DNA from: Macrostomum hystrix
Taxonomy: Eukaryota; Animalia; Platyhelminthes
Reading direction: 5' to 3'
NCBI GenBank assembly: GCA_950097015.1
Contig: CATNEN010000039.1
Span: forward strand, 1,612,001-1,676,000
DNA: 64,000 bases
The notes under the pieces are model-generated. The model searched no databases. It saw only the letters and a list, made by a program, of their open reading frames with translations, and was not told the DNA's origin. The position numbers and the translations under genes are program-made. Positions 39,307 through 52,319 of the stretch are shown piece by piece (the first letter of the stretch is position 1; every line of letters begins with the position of its first letter).

Positions 39307-39639
39307 GGCTACTCGAAAGCTGAAATATTTTACCGCATCATGCTCATTTTTGCGCTGAGAATTGCGAGTATTTTGACCCCCATGTACTTTTAGAAATGCA
39401 AACTAGGCTGCTAAATTTGATTGGGTAAACATAAATTTCAGCTTTATCAGAAATTTGCAGAAATTGTAGAAATCTTACAGGTGCTCTTTGTTTTATGCTG
39501 AAGTTGTACATATCTGAAGGTCTGGAGCTCCGCTGTTTACGATATGTTTGGAATTTAGATGAACCTTTCTACTTCTATGTTTTGCTTTTTCACCTTAAAA
39601 TCATCAGGCAGAGACTGTGAGTAGCTGTACAGATCAGTG

Positions 39640-40395
39640 TGCTGTTATTTGAGAACTTTTGTCAAGCTCCGCAGGTCCCAGTGCTATTTGAGAACTTTTG
39701 TCAAGTTCCGCAGGTCCTAGTGCTATTTGAGAACTTTTGTCAAGCTCCGCAGGTCCTAGTGCTATTTGAGAACTTTTGTCAAGCTCCGCAGGTCCCAGTG
39801 CTATTTGAGAACTTTTGTCAAGCTCCGCAGGTCCTAGTGCTATTTGAGAACTTTTGTCAAGCTCCGCAGGTCCCAGTGCTATTTGAGAACTTTTGTCAAG
39901 CTCCGCAGGTCCCAGTGCTATTTGAGAACTTTTGTCAAGCTCCGCAGGTCCTAGTGCTATTTGAGAACTTTTGTCAAGCTCTGCAGGTCCTAGTGCTATT
40001 TGAGAACTTTTGTCAAGCTCCGCAGGTCCCAGTGCTATTTGAGAACTTTTGTCAAGCTCCGCAGGTCCCAGTGCTATTTGAGAACTTTTGTCAAGCTCCG
40101 CAGGTCCCAGTGCTATTTGAGAACTTTTGTCAAGCTCCGCAGGTCCTAGTGCTATTTGAGAACTTTTGTCAAGCTCTGCAGGTCCCAGTGCTATTTGAGA
40201 ACTTTTGTCAAGCTCTGCAGGTCCCAGTGCTATTTGAGAACTTTTGTCAAGCTCCGCAGGTCCCAGTGCTATTTGAGAACTTTTGTCAAGCTCCGCAGGT
40301 CCCAGTGCTATTTGAGAACTTTTGTCAAGCTCCGCAGGTCCTAGTGCTATTTGAGAACTTTTGTCAAGCTCTGCAGGTCCCAGTGCTATTTGAGT
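39640..40395. repeat. Minisatellite, 39-bp unit GTGCTATTTGAGAACTTTTGTCAAGCTCCGCAGGTCC(C/T)A, ~19 copies
   Basis: Direct tandem repetition downstream of the VKR stop. Confidence 0.97.
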
Positions 40396-41588
40396 TGTTG
40401 TTGATTATTGTTGGCCCTTCTTTTTTTCGGGTTATAAAACGCGGATCTGTCATGTCAGAGCATCTTTTTCATCCGGCACATTTTATTTGTCATCTGTTTT
40501 ATTGTACTCATTGCTCGCTACTCACTTTTTAACTTCGGTTGCCACCTCAACTCGGCGATGGGGCGATACAGTCTCAACTCGCTCTTCTCTCCTCTGCCTC
40601 TCTGATCCCAGAATCTTTGTTTTTGCCTCGCATTTCTCTTTGTACTTTAACTGGCGCCCTGCAATTTTATGGTTTGGATATTCTGTTCCGTGCTTGTCTT
40701 CTTGTACTTCTCCCCTACAGAATATATTTTTATCATCGCCTTGTGCGTGCTGCACCAGTTCATCTTGCTAAATTGTGTTTACCTATTTTGATTTAAATCA
40801 CGCAGAAGAATTCATGCGCACTACTGCCTACTGATGGCAATTTTTTATCAGTAGTATATAAAATATATAGATGGTACCTTTCTATTTCAACTATTGTAAT
40901 GACAGACTGTTGGAAATGTATCGTATATATTTGGCCAAATTTTTCTGTCTTCTATAACTCTGTCCTATTAGTAAAGCGATGAGAAGCAGACAGGTGACAA
41001 ATTGGAATAATTGCTGCTAAGTGAAAGCGGCCATAATTCTGGCTCTGCTTGTACACTGCGTGTTTGCTGTGCTCGTTCTCTCAAACCACCGTGCCAGCCT
41101 GACTATCCCTGACTGTGCATGCAAACTCACTCGTGTGCTACAAAGCCTATCTGGTGCGCTGCAGTATTTTTATTTGCTTTTTGTATTCGCCAGCTTCTAG
41201 TGATGAAGCACTGGTGAGTTGTGGTGACGGATTTCCTCAAGATTCTATCAAAGTTCTGGCCTCCACAATCATATTTTTATTATAGCAGCTTAAGTAATTA
41301 GCATGCTAATTCGCATATTCACCGTGTATATTAAGCAGCACATATTCACATCGCCTGTGCATAGCCCATTGTCCAAGATATTGTTCCTTTTGCTTGTCAT
41401 TTGCTCCCAATCGATAGTGAAAAATCCGTATAGAATTGTATCTGCTGTAAATATATGCTGCGCTCACCTCCAATTTGACAGGACTATTTTTAATGCTTGC
41501 TATGTACTTAAGCTGTCTTTTCAAGTATTCTGAGCAGAATGAACTGTGTTCTTTTTTACTTTCAATTAAAAAGCGTTGGAGTTGAGCC

Positions 41589-42197
41589 AGAGCTAGAGCC
41601 AGAGCAGGAGCTAGTGACCATTGTGCCACGGCCATGGTACCAGAGCTAGAGCCAGAGCAGGAACTAGTGGACATTGTGCCGCGGCCATGGTAGCAGAGCT
41701 AGAGCCAGAGCAGGAACTAGTGGACATTGTGCCGCGGCCATGGTACCAGAGCTAGAGCCAGAGCAGGAACTAGTGGACATTGTGCCGCGGCCATGGTAGC
41801 AGAGCTAGAGCCAGAGCAGGAACTAGTGGACATTGTGCCGCGGCCATGGTACCAGAGCTAGAGCCAGAGCAGGAGCTAGTGGACATTGTGCCACGGCCAT
41901 GGTACCAGAGCTAGAGCTAGAGCAGGAGCTAGTGGACATTGTGCCACGGCCATGGTAGCAGAGCTAGTGGACATTGTGCCACGGCCATGGTACCAGAGCT
42001 AGAGCCAGAGCAGGAACTAGTGGACATTGTGCCGCGGCCATGGTACCAGAGCTAGAGCCAGAGCAGGAACTAGTGGACATTGTGCCGCGGCCATGGTACC
42101 AGAGCTAGAGCTAGAGCAGGAGCTAGTGGACATTGTGCCACGGCCATGGTACCAGAGCTAGAGCCAGAGCTGGAGCTAGTGGACATTGTGCCGCGGG
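41589..42197. repeat. Minisatellite, 53-bp unit AGAGCTAGAGCCAGAGCAGGAACTAGTGGACATTGTGCCGCGGCCATGGTACC, ~11 copies
   Basis: Direct tandem repetition. Confidence 0.96.
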
Positions 42198-43429
42198 CCA
42201 GACAAAAATAAAAACAAATTTATCTTTATATCCACGTTTAAACGTTTGCAATAAATTGAAAATTTGTTAAATAGATTTAAAAAATATTTTTGTTTTTTTT
42301 TAACTATCACAGACTATACCTAATGATGTCGACTGTTAGCCTCCTTGAAAACAGCGCCAGTTGCCATGCAGTTAAGGCACTGTGCCCTTCCAAATCTTGT
42401 TTTTGTTCTTTAGTCCAAGCAGAGTTAAATGCATGGTGCTGCATGTCTACTTTTCGCTTTTTTTCTGCGGTGCTGCTGAAGCCATTGTGCTTTAGAGTAA
42501 ATAATTCGAAATTCCTAGTTTTTGCCGTTGGGCGAGTCGAACTCTTAGCTTAGCTCTTAGCTCTTTATTCGTGTCGAACCCTCGCCTTTCCAACTAGTTT
42601 AGTGGGTGACACAGAGTGTTAGGGGCAACAGGATTGATACGCTCAACTCGCGCGCACATTCACCTTAATCCGAATGTATAGTACATTTACAGTATGCACC
42701 AACCCAGGGACCACCAGCCCCTGACTTTGAACCAAATTGAAGACATTCTAAGAAGCCAATCAAAACTACACAATTCATCTTGCCTTCCCAATCGAGTCTC
42801 AGAACAGACTTGAGTTGGGTAGACAGCAAAGTGTTACATATAGCCGGAGCCATCCCCACCAGTCTGAATCATAGGCTGACTTACACGTTTTTGGGCCTTA
42901 AGTTAAAGCTCGAGACAGAATATGAATGTACGCTTAAGAGCCTTTAGCTCGTAAAAAATATAAGTAAATATAGTATCTGAGGTAAAAACATGCGCTTCCT
43001 TTATTCCGCTTGTGATTCTGTAATACCCTTTTATTTTATTTTAAGTCCGAAGTCCCGCTTCTCGAGGCTCCTCGCTCAAGCAACATGTACGGTGACACAA
43101 GGGCCATAGATATAGCAGTGAAGCTAAACAATTCATGACCATCAGCCCAACACAAACCTAGCAAGCGCGTCAGTTGCCCAAATATAGACTAACAAATTGA
43201 AAATGCTCAGCAAATCACTCGCATGGAGGAAAGAATAGTATATTATTACCCAGGCTGTGATTGTACCATAGACTATGTGGCTGAGTAACAAGACAAACCA
43301 TATCAACCATAGACAAAATGATTTAATGACAAACTATACAGTTCAATTACAAGAGAAAGAATAATGAAGCAAAGAGAAGCTAACAACTAGAGAAAGAAGC
43401 TAGACTTCTTGTAATATGCTAGATCGACC

Positions 43430-43894
43430 ATGCTGAACTACAAAGCAATTTTAGACAAAGAAATTTATGGTCTCTCATCGGACGAACTTCAATTCGTGAC
43501 CACGCTTAGTGATGGACGGCGCGAGGAAGAAGCTGTATATCAGTCCAATCAGTCCACGGGACTGCCAGTACTTGAGACGGAAATGATTGAGAGTTTTCTG
43601 GCTGAAGTGTCCACATGTAAGGCTTTGACTGACGAAGACCTGAATGAAATTGCCAAGATGGAGGACTTAGGCAAAGTCTGGTCTACTGAGAAGGCAACAG
43701 CTACGTACGCCGCTCGTTTCCGAAAATTTCTTGTCGATCGAGGTCTGCCATCGCAACTTGAGACAATACCGACTCGATATTTATGTCACTATCTGCGCCT
43801 GTATTTTTCGGTGGTTAAAAAGGATGATGGAACGGCGTACAGTTGCAGTTCGCTGGTATGCATGCGCGCAGGAATCTACCTATATAGAATATAG
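43430..43894 (+). mobile_element. Crypton-type tyrosine recombinase N-terminal (core-binding) fragment, QRICH1/KCTD1/DUF3504-associated type
   Basis: STEKATATYAARFRKFL...LETIP..YLCHYLRLYFSVVKKDDGTAYSCSSLVCMRAGI matches the NT..AT..A..F..W/L...L..F...VRKKDG..Y..SSL..R..I pattern. The catalytic domain is absent. Confidence 0.7.
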
Positions 43895-44982
43895 AGTCCA
43901 ATTCTCAGTGTAAAATGGAGATCGAAAATAGGACCGGATGTGTCGTGAAGTGTTGTATTCGTCGGCTGGATTTAAAAAGCATTATAGCAAATATGTATTC
44001 TTTGACATGTTGGAATCTAGATTTAGAGAACTAATTATGCAGGAAACTTTTTACACGGTATAGAAATTAACGGCTCTTTCGTGTTTTAATACTTAAACGG
44101 GGACTTGTTGCCGTTCAAAGTGGTGCTTTGTGTCATCAACTTCTAACAATCTACTTGGAACTTTAATAGCTCAAATTTTCAGGTTTCTACGTTTTCTGTG
44201 AAGTTATATATACTTAGTTTTCGTTATTTAATTCATATGTTTGTGTTTCTGGATATAGTCAGAGAAGCTTACAGCTTGGGTTTTTTATTCTTACTTCCTA
44301 AATCCTAATCCGAGACAGGTAGGGACGCACGTAGGGTAAGCAAAGAGTTAGCACTCTAGCTAGGAGTCAACATAACATTTTTTCATTGAGTTGGCCTGTA
44401 GGCCTATGCTAGATATAAAGATACTGTTGTAATAGTCGTATTAGTAATACTTTGGTCTAGTTAGCAACAGATACTCCACTATAAATAATCAAAGTAAGCA
44501 AACTAGGCTAGAAGCCTGAAACTTGTTAGGCCTAGCCGGCTAGCTGGGCCTATAGAGCACTTATATCTCAGTGTTCCCTTAAGGGGTAATAACGCCTGAT
44601 GTAAAATTTTACTAACTGCAAATGTCCTAGGTAAGGCCTAGCTTCTGCAACAGATGTAACCAATTTAAAATAAAATTCTAAGATGATACTGATAGGCACT
44701 ATCTGCACATTAGGCCTAGGAGTATTTTGAGAGCATTGGCAATATGCTAGGCCCCTATATTTAGCAAAAGTTGATAAGCTAAAAAGAGGCCTATTTGCAT
44801 GAGGAAACTGTGTGGCCAGAATTTTTTATGTATGCTGCTATGCATGGCAGCTAGGCCTATCCAGTATTTTTAATTTATTTGTAACTTGTAACTAAGTCAT
44901 GCAATGTTGCAGGTCTGCTTTCTTATATTTGTCTGCACATAACATAATGTGGCATGATATGGATACCTAGTCAGGATCATAA

Positions 44983-45270
44983 CAATTGGCGCAACCAGGG
45001 GGTGGGATAACCACAGGCTTCCATGGGAAGACCTATAAGAAGAAAGTTAGGGGGAAGTTGAACCAACAACCAATCAAATTTTTCACCAAAACAGCCTTAT
45101 CTACCATTTTTCCAAAATAACTCACCTTTGGTCTGTCCTACTTTGCCCCTCCTTAAAAAGTCCCTGTTGTGCCACTGATCATGTCGAAGTTGAACCAACA
45201 ACCAATCAAATTTTGGTCTGTCCTACTTTGCCCCTCCTTAAAAAGTCCCTGTTGTGCCACTGATCATGTC
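44983..45270. mobile_element. Possible short MITE with an internal partial duplication
   Basis: Imperfect TIRs caattggcgcaaccaggg / ccctgttgtgccactg; 45128-45185 is duplicated at 45213-45270. Confidence 0.35.
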
Positions 45271-46150
45271 CTCTGTGTGCCTGAATTTTTCCATAGGCCC
45301 CTATGATTTATAGTCTTAATTATGCTGTCAGACTAAAGTTTTTTCTCTTGTGTGCTGAAGTCTAGGCCTAATGTTGAATTAGCTAGGCAACTTCATTTAT
45401 ATAATTTCTGCACTAAGTATGTTAAAGCTCATTCTCTACCACAATTTTCCAATCAAAAGTACAATTTTCTAACTATGGTATAGGCCTATTGCCAATGTTG
45501 GACAACATACAGAAAGCCATTAAGTATTCCTATATTAGCTATTGTATAGTAAATAAATAAGATGATAGCTGTGGCAACCAAAGAAAAGAGCTGATATTTT
45601 TACATGGATTTGTTATAACTACCTTGGATTTTGAATAAGCATTGCTGTTTTAATAATAACATCTTGGTTTATTATAACCTAATGTAATCAATTTTTTGTG
45701 TTAATTTGGCCTTCCTAAACCCCAAGTCATCAGAGAAAGCCAATGATTTTCCTATTTGAATAACTATTCAGTAAATTAACGATGGTATTTTTGCCTCAGG
45801 CAGGTGCCTAGTGTGCCATTTTTGGAATATATAATTGTTTAGGTACAATACTTCGTTTTTTTATTTGCAGCAAGTAACCAAGAATTTAACAAAAGTTAAA
45901 AATCGTACCACCTCAGTAGCAAAGTAGCAAGTAAAAATAATATTTATAATGCTGATTTTAAACAATTAATCAACTATATTTATAATTTATACTAGGATTT
46001 TCTTGTGCTAATAGGTCCAAATCTTATATAGTAACTACATATATATTTAGCTAAAACAATTTTGCTAAGACTCACATTTTTATAAAACTAAAAAACTTTA
46101 TTGTAGGACAAGCTGAATTCCTCCTCAGGAGGAAGTTGAGGGGAGAGAAC

Positions 46151-46960
46151 TCCCATCGCCTGATCTCCCATCGCCTTATCTCCCATCGCCTCATATCCCA
46201 TCACCTGATCTCCCATCACCAGATCTCCCACCGCCTGATCTTCCATCGCCTAATCTCCAATCGCCTGATCCCCCATCGCCTAATCTCCAATCGCCTGATC
46301 TCCCACCGCCTGATCTTCCATCGCCTAATCTCCAATCGCCTGATCCCCCATCGCCTAATCTCCCATCGCCTCATTACCCATCTCCTGATCTTCCATCGCC
46401 TAATCTCCCATCGCCTCATCTCCCATCGCGGCATCTACTATCGCCTTATTCCCCATCGCCTCATCTCCCATCACCTGATCAAATATCTCCCATCCCCTCA
46501 TCTACCATCGCCTCATATCGCATCGCCTCATCTCCCATCGCCTCGTCTCCCATCGCCTCATCTCCCATCGCCTCATCTCCCATCGCCTGATCTCCCATCG
46601 CCTGATCTCCCATCGCCGCATCTCCCATCGACTCATCTCCCATTGCCTCATCTCCCATCGCCTCATCTCCCATCGCGGCATCTCCCATCGCCTAATCTCC
46701 CATCGCCTCATCTCCCATCGCCTCATCTCCCGTCGCCTCATCCCCCATCGCCTCATCTCCCGTCGCCTCATCCCCCATCGCCTCATCTCCCGTCGCCTCA
46801 TCCCCCATCGCCTCATCTCCCATCGCCTGATCACCTGATCTCCCATCGCCTCATCTCTCATCGCCTCATCTCCCGTCGCCTCATCTCCCGTCGTCTCATC
46901 CCCCATCGCCTAATATTCCATCGCCCCATCTCCCATCGCCTAATATTCCATCGCCTCATT
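46151..46960. repeat. Degenerate 15-bp minisatellite TCCCATCGCCTCATC
   Basis: Tandem repetition; gives the spurious SHRLI/PSPHL ORFs. Confidence 0.93.
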
Positions 46961-47496
46961 CTTTCTAGCAGTCCAAATTTTATCCACCAATCTTGAAAAG
47001 CAAAAGAATAATTCTCAGTTGAAATTTCACTGCCTTTTAGCGCAAAAGGCAGCCAGTTTAGTAAGTACATTCTTCTCCGCCTACAGCGAGAGGCCCGCCA
47101 AGTTTATTAATAGAATTTTAACCCCGCTAACTCTGCCCCAGCCCATTGTACGCACTTCAATATTGAACAAATCAGACCCCTCAATAGATACATATTCTTC
47201 CCTACTTACTTCAAGATGTAAATCTAGCTAGCACCTATTTTTTCTCTCTAGTTTTTATCTGTCAGCTTATGCTTTTGTATAGCTATTGTAACAGAACACA
47301 CATTTGTTATCATTTAGCTAAAACTAATTTAAATTTAATTACTCATGCCTAACAATATATAACAGGTTTATTGTAGCTATTTGATAAGTGCAATGTGTAG
47401 ATTTTAGTTAACTAAAGCTCAGTAGTCAATTATCCAGATGTATATGTTTTATTAAAATATTAATTTACTACTTTTCTGCAGCAATAGATAAAAACC

Positions 47497-48415
47497 ATGG
47501 GACTCCCCTGTGGTGGATTCACCTGCACAAAGACTGCTCTAACTATGCTCAATGCCATCTTCATGCTAGTTGCTGTGGCACTGATGGCCCTGGCCGGCTA
47601 CTCGCGCATGGCAGCTGTGGTGACCAGCATCAATATCCTGTCCGGCCTGATTGTTTGTGGAGTTTTCCTGTTCCTAGTGAGCCTGCTGGGTTTGCTGAGT
47701 GCCCGGCTGCACAACCAGGTTAGTTATTGTTTGCTAGATTGCCTCTGGGTTTCGGCAGATTGACGTTTGAAAATGTCAGGTGACATTTGTTTCTGTCAGA
47801 TTGTCATTTGGTTCTGACAGATTGCCGTTTGTTTCTGCTAGGAGAAAAAGACAAAAAAGTTAGAATATGAATCAAGAAAAAAAAAATGCGCTAATCGCCT
47901 ACTGTAAGTAGTGTAATTGTTGTTTCTCATCACCACCTCAGGCGATGCTATTCTTCTACATCATCGTTCTGTTCCTGCTATTCCTCCTGCAATTCGCCAT
48001 CGCCTGCGCCTGCCTGGCCGTCAACTCCCAGCAGCAGGAGACGATCCTGGAGGCCGCCTGGGGCCAGATGAGCAACGCCAGCCGGGACGACGCCCAGCGT
48101 CTGTTCCAGTGCTGCGGCTTCCGCGATATGAGCCAGCTGGCCGAGCCGCTGGGCCACCCGGCCTGCGCCCCGCTGAACTGCTGCTCATCCAGCACTAGCC
48201 TGTGCTGCACTGGCAATCTCACATTGTCCGGCATGTCGCTATGTCCATGCGAGCTCACCTGCCTGACAGCCACCAAGGCAAAGTTCAACAGCGCCGCCAA
48301 GCTCACTGGCAGTGTGGGCCTGCTGGTGTCCCTCACCGAGATCATCGGCGTCTGGCTGGCCATTCGCTATCGCAATTTAAAGGATCCTCGCGCCGACCTG
48401 TCGGCTTTCCTTTGA
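47497..48415 (+). CDS. TSPAN13/31: Tetraspanin, TSPAN13/TSPAN31 type (~231 aa), exons 47497-47718 and 47942-48415
   Basis: CGGFTCTKTAL N-terminus, four TM segments, HNQ|AMLFFY, CCG motif, and RYRNLKDPRADLSAFL C-terminus typical of TSPAN13/31. Confidence 0.95.
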
Positions 48416-48448
48416 TCTCTGACGCTGACAACTGATTGATTGCTAGAT

Positions 48449-48633
48449 CAGGGTCTGCAAACTCCGGCCCGAGGGCCAGATGCGACCCTCGAAACTCCCA
48501 AATCCGGCCTGTTGCCCCTTCCAACCCCTACAATATCCTGTCTTATCTCTCTCATCTGGAGATAGAAAATGTGGCCCGCTGTCGTCTTTTAGCTTCTCTC
48601 CGTAGCCCGCACACTAAAAAGTTTGCCGACCCG
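48449..48633 (+). mobile_element. hAT-like non-autonomous element (MITE) just after the tetraspanin stop
   Basis: TIRs CAGGGTCTGCAAACT / AGTTTGCCGACCC with internal ggcccg motifs. A related inverted partial copy lies at ~54080-54228, and a similar left end at ~51549. Confidence 0.65.
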
Positions 48634-48765
48634 TCCTACATGTACAGCTGTTCAGTCCATGGACTGGGAGGAGACCGCCCCTAGCAATGATATTTCTTTT
48701 ACAGCTAGGTGAAGTGAAGCACGTGGGAATTGAGTCTTTCTCGAGAACACAGCAGTTTGCTTTGT

Positions 48766-48832
48766 GCTGAGAGTCGAACCCTGGATGTCTCAGTGATGAG
48801 AGCGGAGTTATGACCGCTGGGCTGCATGCTCC
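48766..48832 (-). other. Decayed tRNA-like SINE head
   Basis: On the minus strand, GCAGCCCAGCGGT (A-box-like) ... GGTTCGACTCTC (B-box). Confidence 0.35.
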
Positions 48833-50257
48833 ACCCAGCTAAGCAGAACAGCTTCCCACCCAAACATGGATCTGGGCACCAGAAATGCAACTTTGATGTG
48901 GCAATCGAATTTTAATAAATGTCCTTGTCTATGTTGTGCATGAATTTGTTTATCTAACAAGTCGATAACATCTGTGTTACTTACTGATCAAGATTGTGTC
49001 TGTGTGATTAGCCTTACCTGTCTAGCATAGCCGCATGCACAAGAAGTGTCATTTACTTGGCTTAGTTGCAGCCTCGCCATGCGCTTGATTCGATCGCATA
49101 ATTCTGCATCTACATTTTTCTGTGTATTAAACGAGTCTACTAGTCCATTTCGGTCGGTGAATTTATTCCTTTCGCCCTAGGTCGAGTTTTTTTTCTCAAT
49201 TATTTTTACCCCAGCAAGCTCAGCCGCTTTCGGCTGCTCAACCATGATTGACACCTATTTACTATTGGTTCTCAGCAATTAGCGAACTATTTCACAATAG
49301 ACTTCGGTATTAACTGTTCCCCACATGCTTGTTGTGCATGCGCTGCCTGCTCTACTGTTAGTAGTGTCTAGTGGAAGTAGTGTGTGCGTTCATATTTATT
49401 GAATCGTTTGTGTATTATTTCAAGTTTGTGAATGTGAATTAGAATTTGAAATTGTATATCTGTAGCTTGTATTTTACTATTAGTATTAGGATGACTGTGG
49501 CAGCCCAAGTTGATGATTATTTTGGTGTTTGGTTACTGTTGTGTTATTTTGTTTCATTTTAAGTTATAACTTGTGTTGTATTGATTTCTCGTGCAAATTA
49601 TATTTAGTCTGGATAGTCGACTGTGTATGTGTTGACTACTTTTAGTAATGAATATTGCTTGTACACACGCACACAAAGACATGCTTATTCTCCGTTTTTA
49701 GCTAGAATTTCGCGAGCAAAGTAATATTGATTTCATTATTAATACATCTATATTTATAAATGTATAAATTGGTGTACATCAAGAGTCTTTTGCATTAACC
49801 TAAATATACACTATTTCGCATTAACCATGATCGTCTCATATAAATTTGGACTATATTATAACCGTGCTTTTGTTTTTGCTGTCAATCGTCTGAAAGAACT
49901 ATTTTTCTTCCTAATTTATTTTGTGTCTACATGGCAGTGCTATTATGTATTAGATCATGCATGTTTCATGGAACTTTACCGGTTGGGTGCCGAGCAAGTT
50001 AATGGCGGTCGATCGAGGCGCTACGCTACCCCCTATAACGCTATCTGGCGGCTGTCGGTCGACAAGCAACGGCGTTATAGGGGGAGTTGATTTGTCTATG
50101 GCCTGAAGCCTTATAATGCTTTTACCGGTTGGTAAAATCCTTTAAATGATAATTAAAAGAAACAAATATAAGCGTCCAAATTTTGTCAGCTTCTGGCTCA
50201 TGGCGGATTGGCGCAGTTTGTGCCATAGACATGCCATTATCGCTGAGTGATCGTTTA

Positions 50258-50955
50258 TACCATAATACGTTGCTGAAGCCTTATAATGTGCATTCTAGGG
50301 TTAGAAAATCCTAGGCTGCATTTGATGGTCACGAGGCTAGCGAAACGAGCCGAGGACCATTAAGTGTGGCCGAGGACTTTTTACCATAGAGTGCACATTA
50401 AACTACCGTGATCTTATATGAAATCCGAATTGCTTAGTTTTGTAGCTTTCTCTTAAATCACACCGCGGTGGAAGAAAAAATTGACAGTGACAATGCTGTC
50501 TATTACTGACCATGGTGTCAAGTCTATCATCATTGATCGAGCTAAAATCGAAATTCAGTTTACGTGAGTATGTGAAACGTTTAATGCACTGCCTGTTATT
50601 GAAACAAACTAAATATGTTTCCTATATAATCCTACCAATTCTCTATAGTTTTGCTAGAAAATTGTCTTTTTGTTGCTTCGTTATACAGTATATAATGCTT
50701 GTTATTTTCGTTGCATTTAAATACAATGTTTAGTTCTGTTTAGTCTATTGTTCAAACTGCTTTCATTTCGGGACCATCAAATGATTTGATGATCTTCATT
50801 TTGGAGCCCATCAAATGATTTGATGGTCCTGGAATTATAGCACTTTAAACCATAGACTAGGCCTTCCTGGCAAAGAATGAGCCCAATAACTGTCAATAAA
50901 ATAAGCAATCGGATTTTAGCTGTCAATAAAATAAGCAGTCGGATTTTATATGGTA
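50258..50955. mobile_element. Non-autonomous hairpin-bearing element, Crypton-like
   Basis: Termini TACCATA/TATGGTA. Long imperfect palindrome at 50284-50400 with a ggctagcgaaacgagcc core. Sub-terminal inverted match atatgaaatccgaattgctta / taagcagtcggattttatat. Confidence 0.45.
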
Positions 50956-51051
50956 CTTAGACATTTAGGTCTGCCGAGATTTACCACAGACGAAGATTAA
51001 TCGGAAATCTAAATTTGGTTCTCGCGTTTTAGCCTCGTCGCGGGTTTACTC

Positions 51052-51150
51052 TAGCCTCGTGGTTAGTGCGTCGGAAACATGACTTGAAGATCTGGGGTTC
51101 GATTCCCACTTAACTTAACACTCAACTCTGCATTGCTACTGTTTAGCCCA
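51052..51150 (+). mobile_element. Truncated copy of the tRNA-derived SINE (head plus core remnant)
   Basis: TAGCCTCGTGGTTAG...GACTTGAAGATCTGGGGTTCGATTCCCACT and ctcaactctgcattgct, similar to the SINE at 20288. Confidence 0.6.
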
Positions 51151-51155
51151 TGGAT

Positions 51156-51544
51156 GGGACTGTTTGTTCCAGTGGAGCCGGGAATCGAACCCCCGACCTT
51201 CAAGTCGTGAGTCCGACGCTCCAACCGATAGACTGGGACTGTTTGTTCCAGTGGAGCCGGGAATCGAACATCGATCTTCAAGTGGTGAGTCCGACCTCCA
51301 ACCGATAGACTGGGACTGTTTGTTCCAGTGGAACCGGGAATCGAACCCCGACCTTCAAGTCGCGAGTCCGACGCTCCAACCGATAGACTAGGACTTTTTG
51401 TTCCAGTGGAGCCGGGAATCGAACATCGATCTTCAAGTGGTGAGTCCGACCTCCAACCGATAGACTGGGACTGTTTGTTCCAGTGGAGCCGGGAATCGAA
51501 CCCCGACCTTCAAGTCGCGAGTCCGACGCTCCAACCGATTGACT
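51156..51544 (-). repeat. Tandem array of five 77-79-bp tRNA-like SINE heads (A-B-A-B-A)
   Basis: Each unit on the minus strand has AGTCTATCGGTT (A-box-like) and an GTTCGATTCC B-box. Unit 1 shares TCGGACTCACGACTTGAAGGTCGGGGGTTCGATTC with the SINE at 20288. Confidence 0.85.
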
Positions 51545-52319
51545 AGAACAAGGGTCGGCAAACTTATTAGCTAGCGGGTCAAAGAGAGAACATTAATGAC
51601 CACAGCGGGCCGCATTGACTTTAGTATATTAGACTAGCACACTAAGCCCCCCAAGGGGGAGCACTACTGTTCAGACAAAAAATATTGTGTAATGCATAAG
51701 GACAAAACACGATTGAAAGTAAACAAAAACGAAAGCTCATTTCGTCAGTTTAAGCTCGTAATTTCCCTGATTGCGATTCAACCACAATTTGAATTCTCAC
51801 TAAATACAAATAGTCAGTCTGATCTCGAATACATACTGAGACATCCGGTCTCTACACCAAGAGCCCCATTGGGGCAGAATTAAACAAGTAACTTACGTTT
51901 GATACAACTCAGCTTAATGCTACTAAGGTACATGTGAATACTATCCCCTCAGCAGCAGAGAACCGATTCATTAGAAATTTATTTAATGCTTTCTCCTGGA
52001 TAATTTATGCTATACCGTTGATAGTTCATGCTATCCCTTCAATAAATGATTCTATTCTCTTGAAAAATGTGCTATACCCTCAAAGTATTATGCTATCCCT
52101 TGGAAATCTCATGCTATATTTATGTTATATCCCCATTATTGTTGTTTACGTGATATCTCATGCTGCTATCCATTTTTATCTAGCGCTATATATATTCTTA
52201 AGTATAAAACTTACTTAAGATATATTACTTAACTTAAAATATAGAAAAAATAATGACTGCTTCCCTGCTTAGTTTTAAATGTAATGACGATTGCAGCAAT
52301 GCTCAATGCACTTTTCTTA

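Noticed and set aside
51156-51544. Cluster of real tRNA-Val/Ala genes
   Set aside because: Units lack a paired acceptor stem and match the SINE head at 20288 rather than a canonical tRNA.
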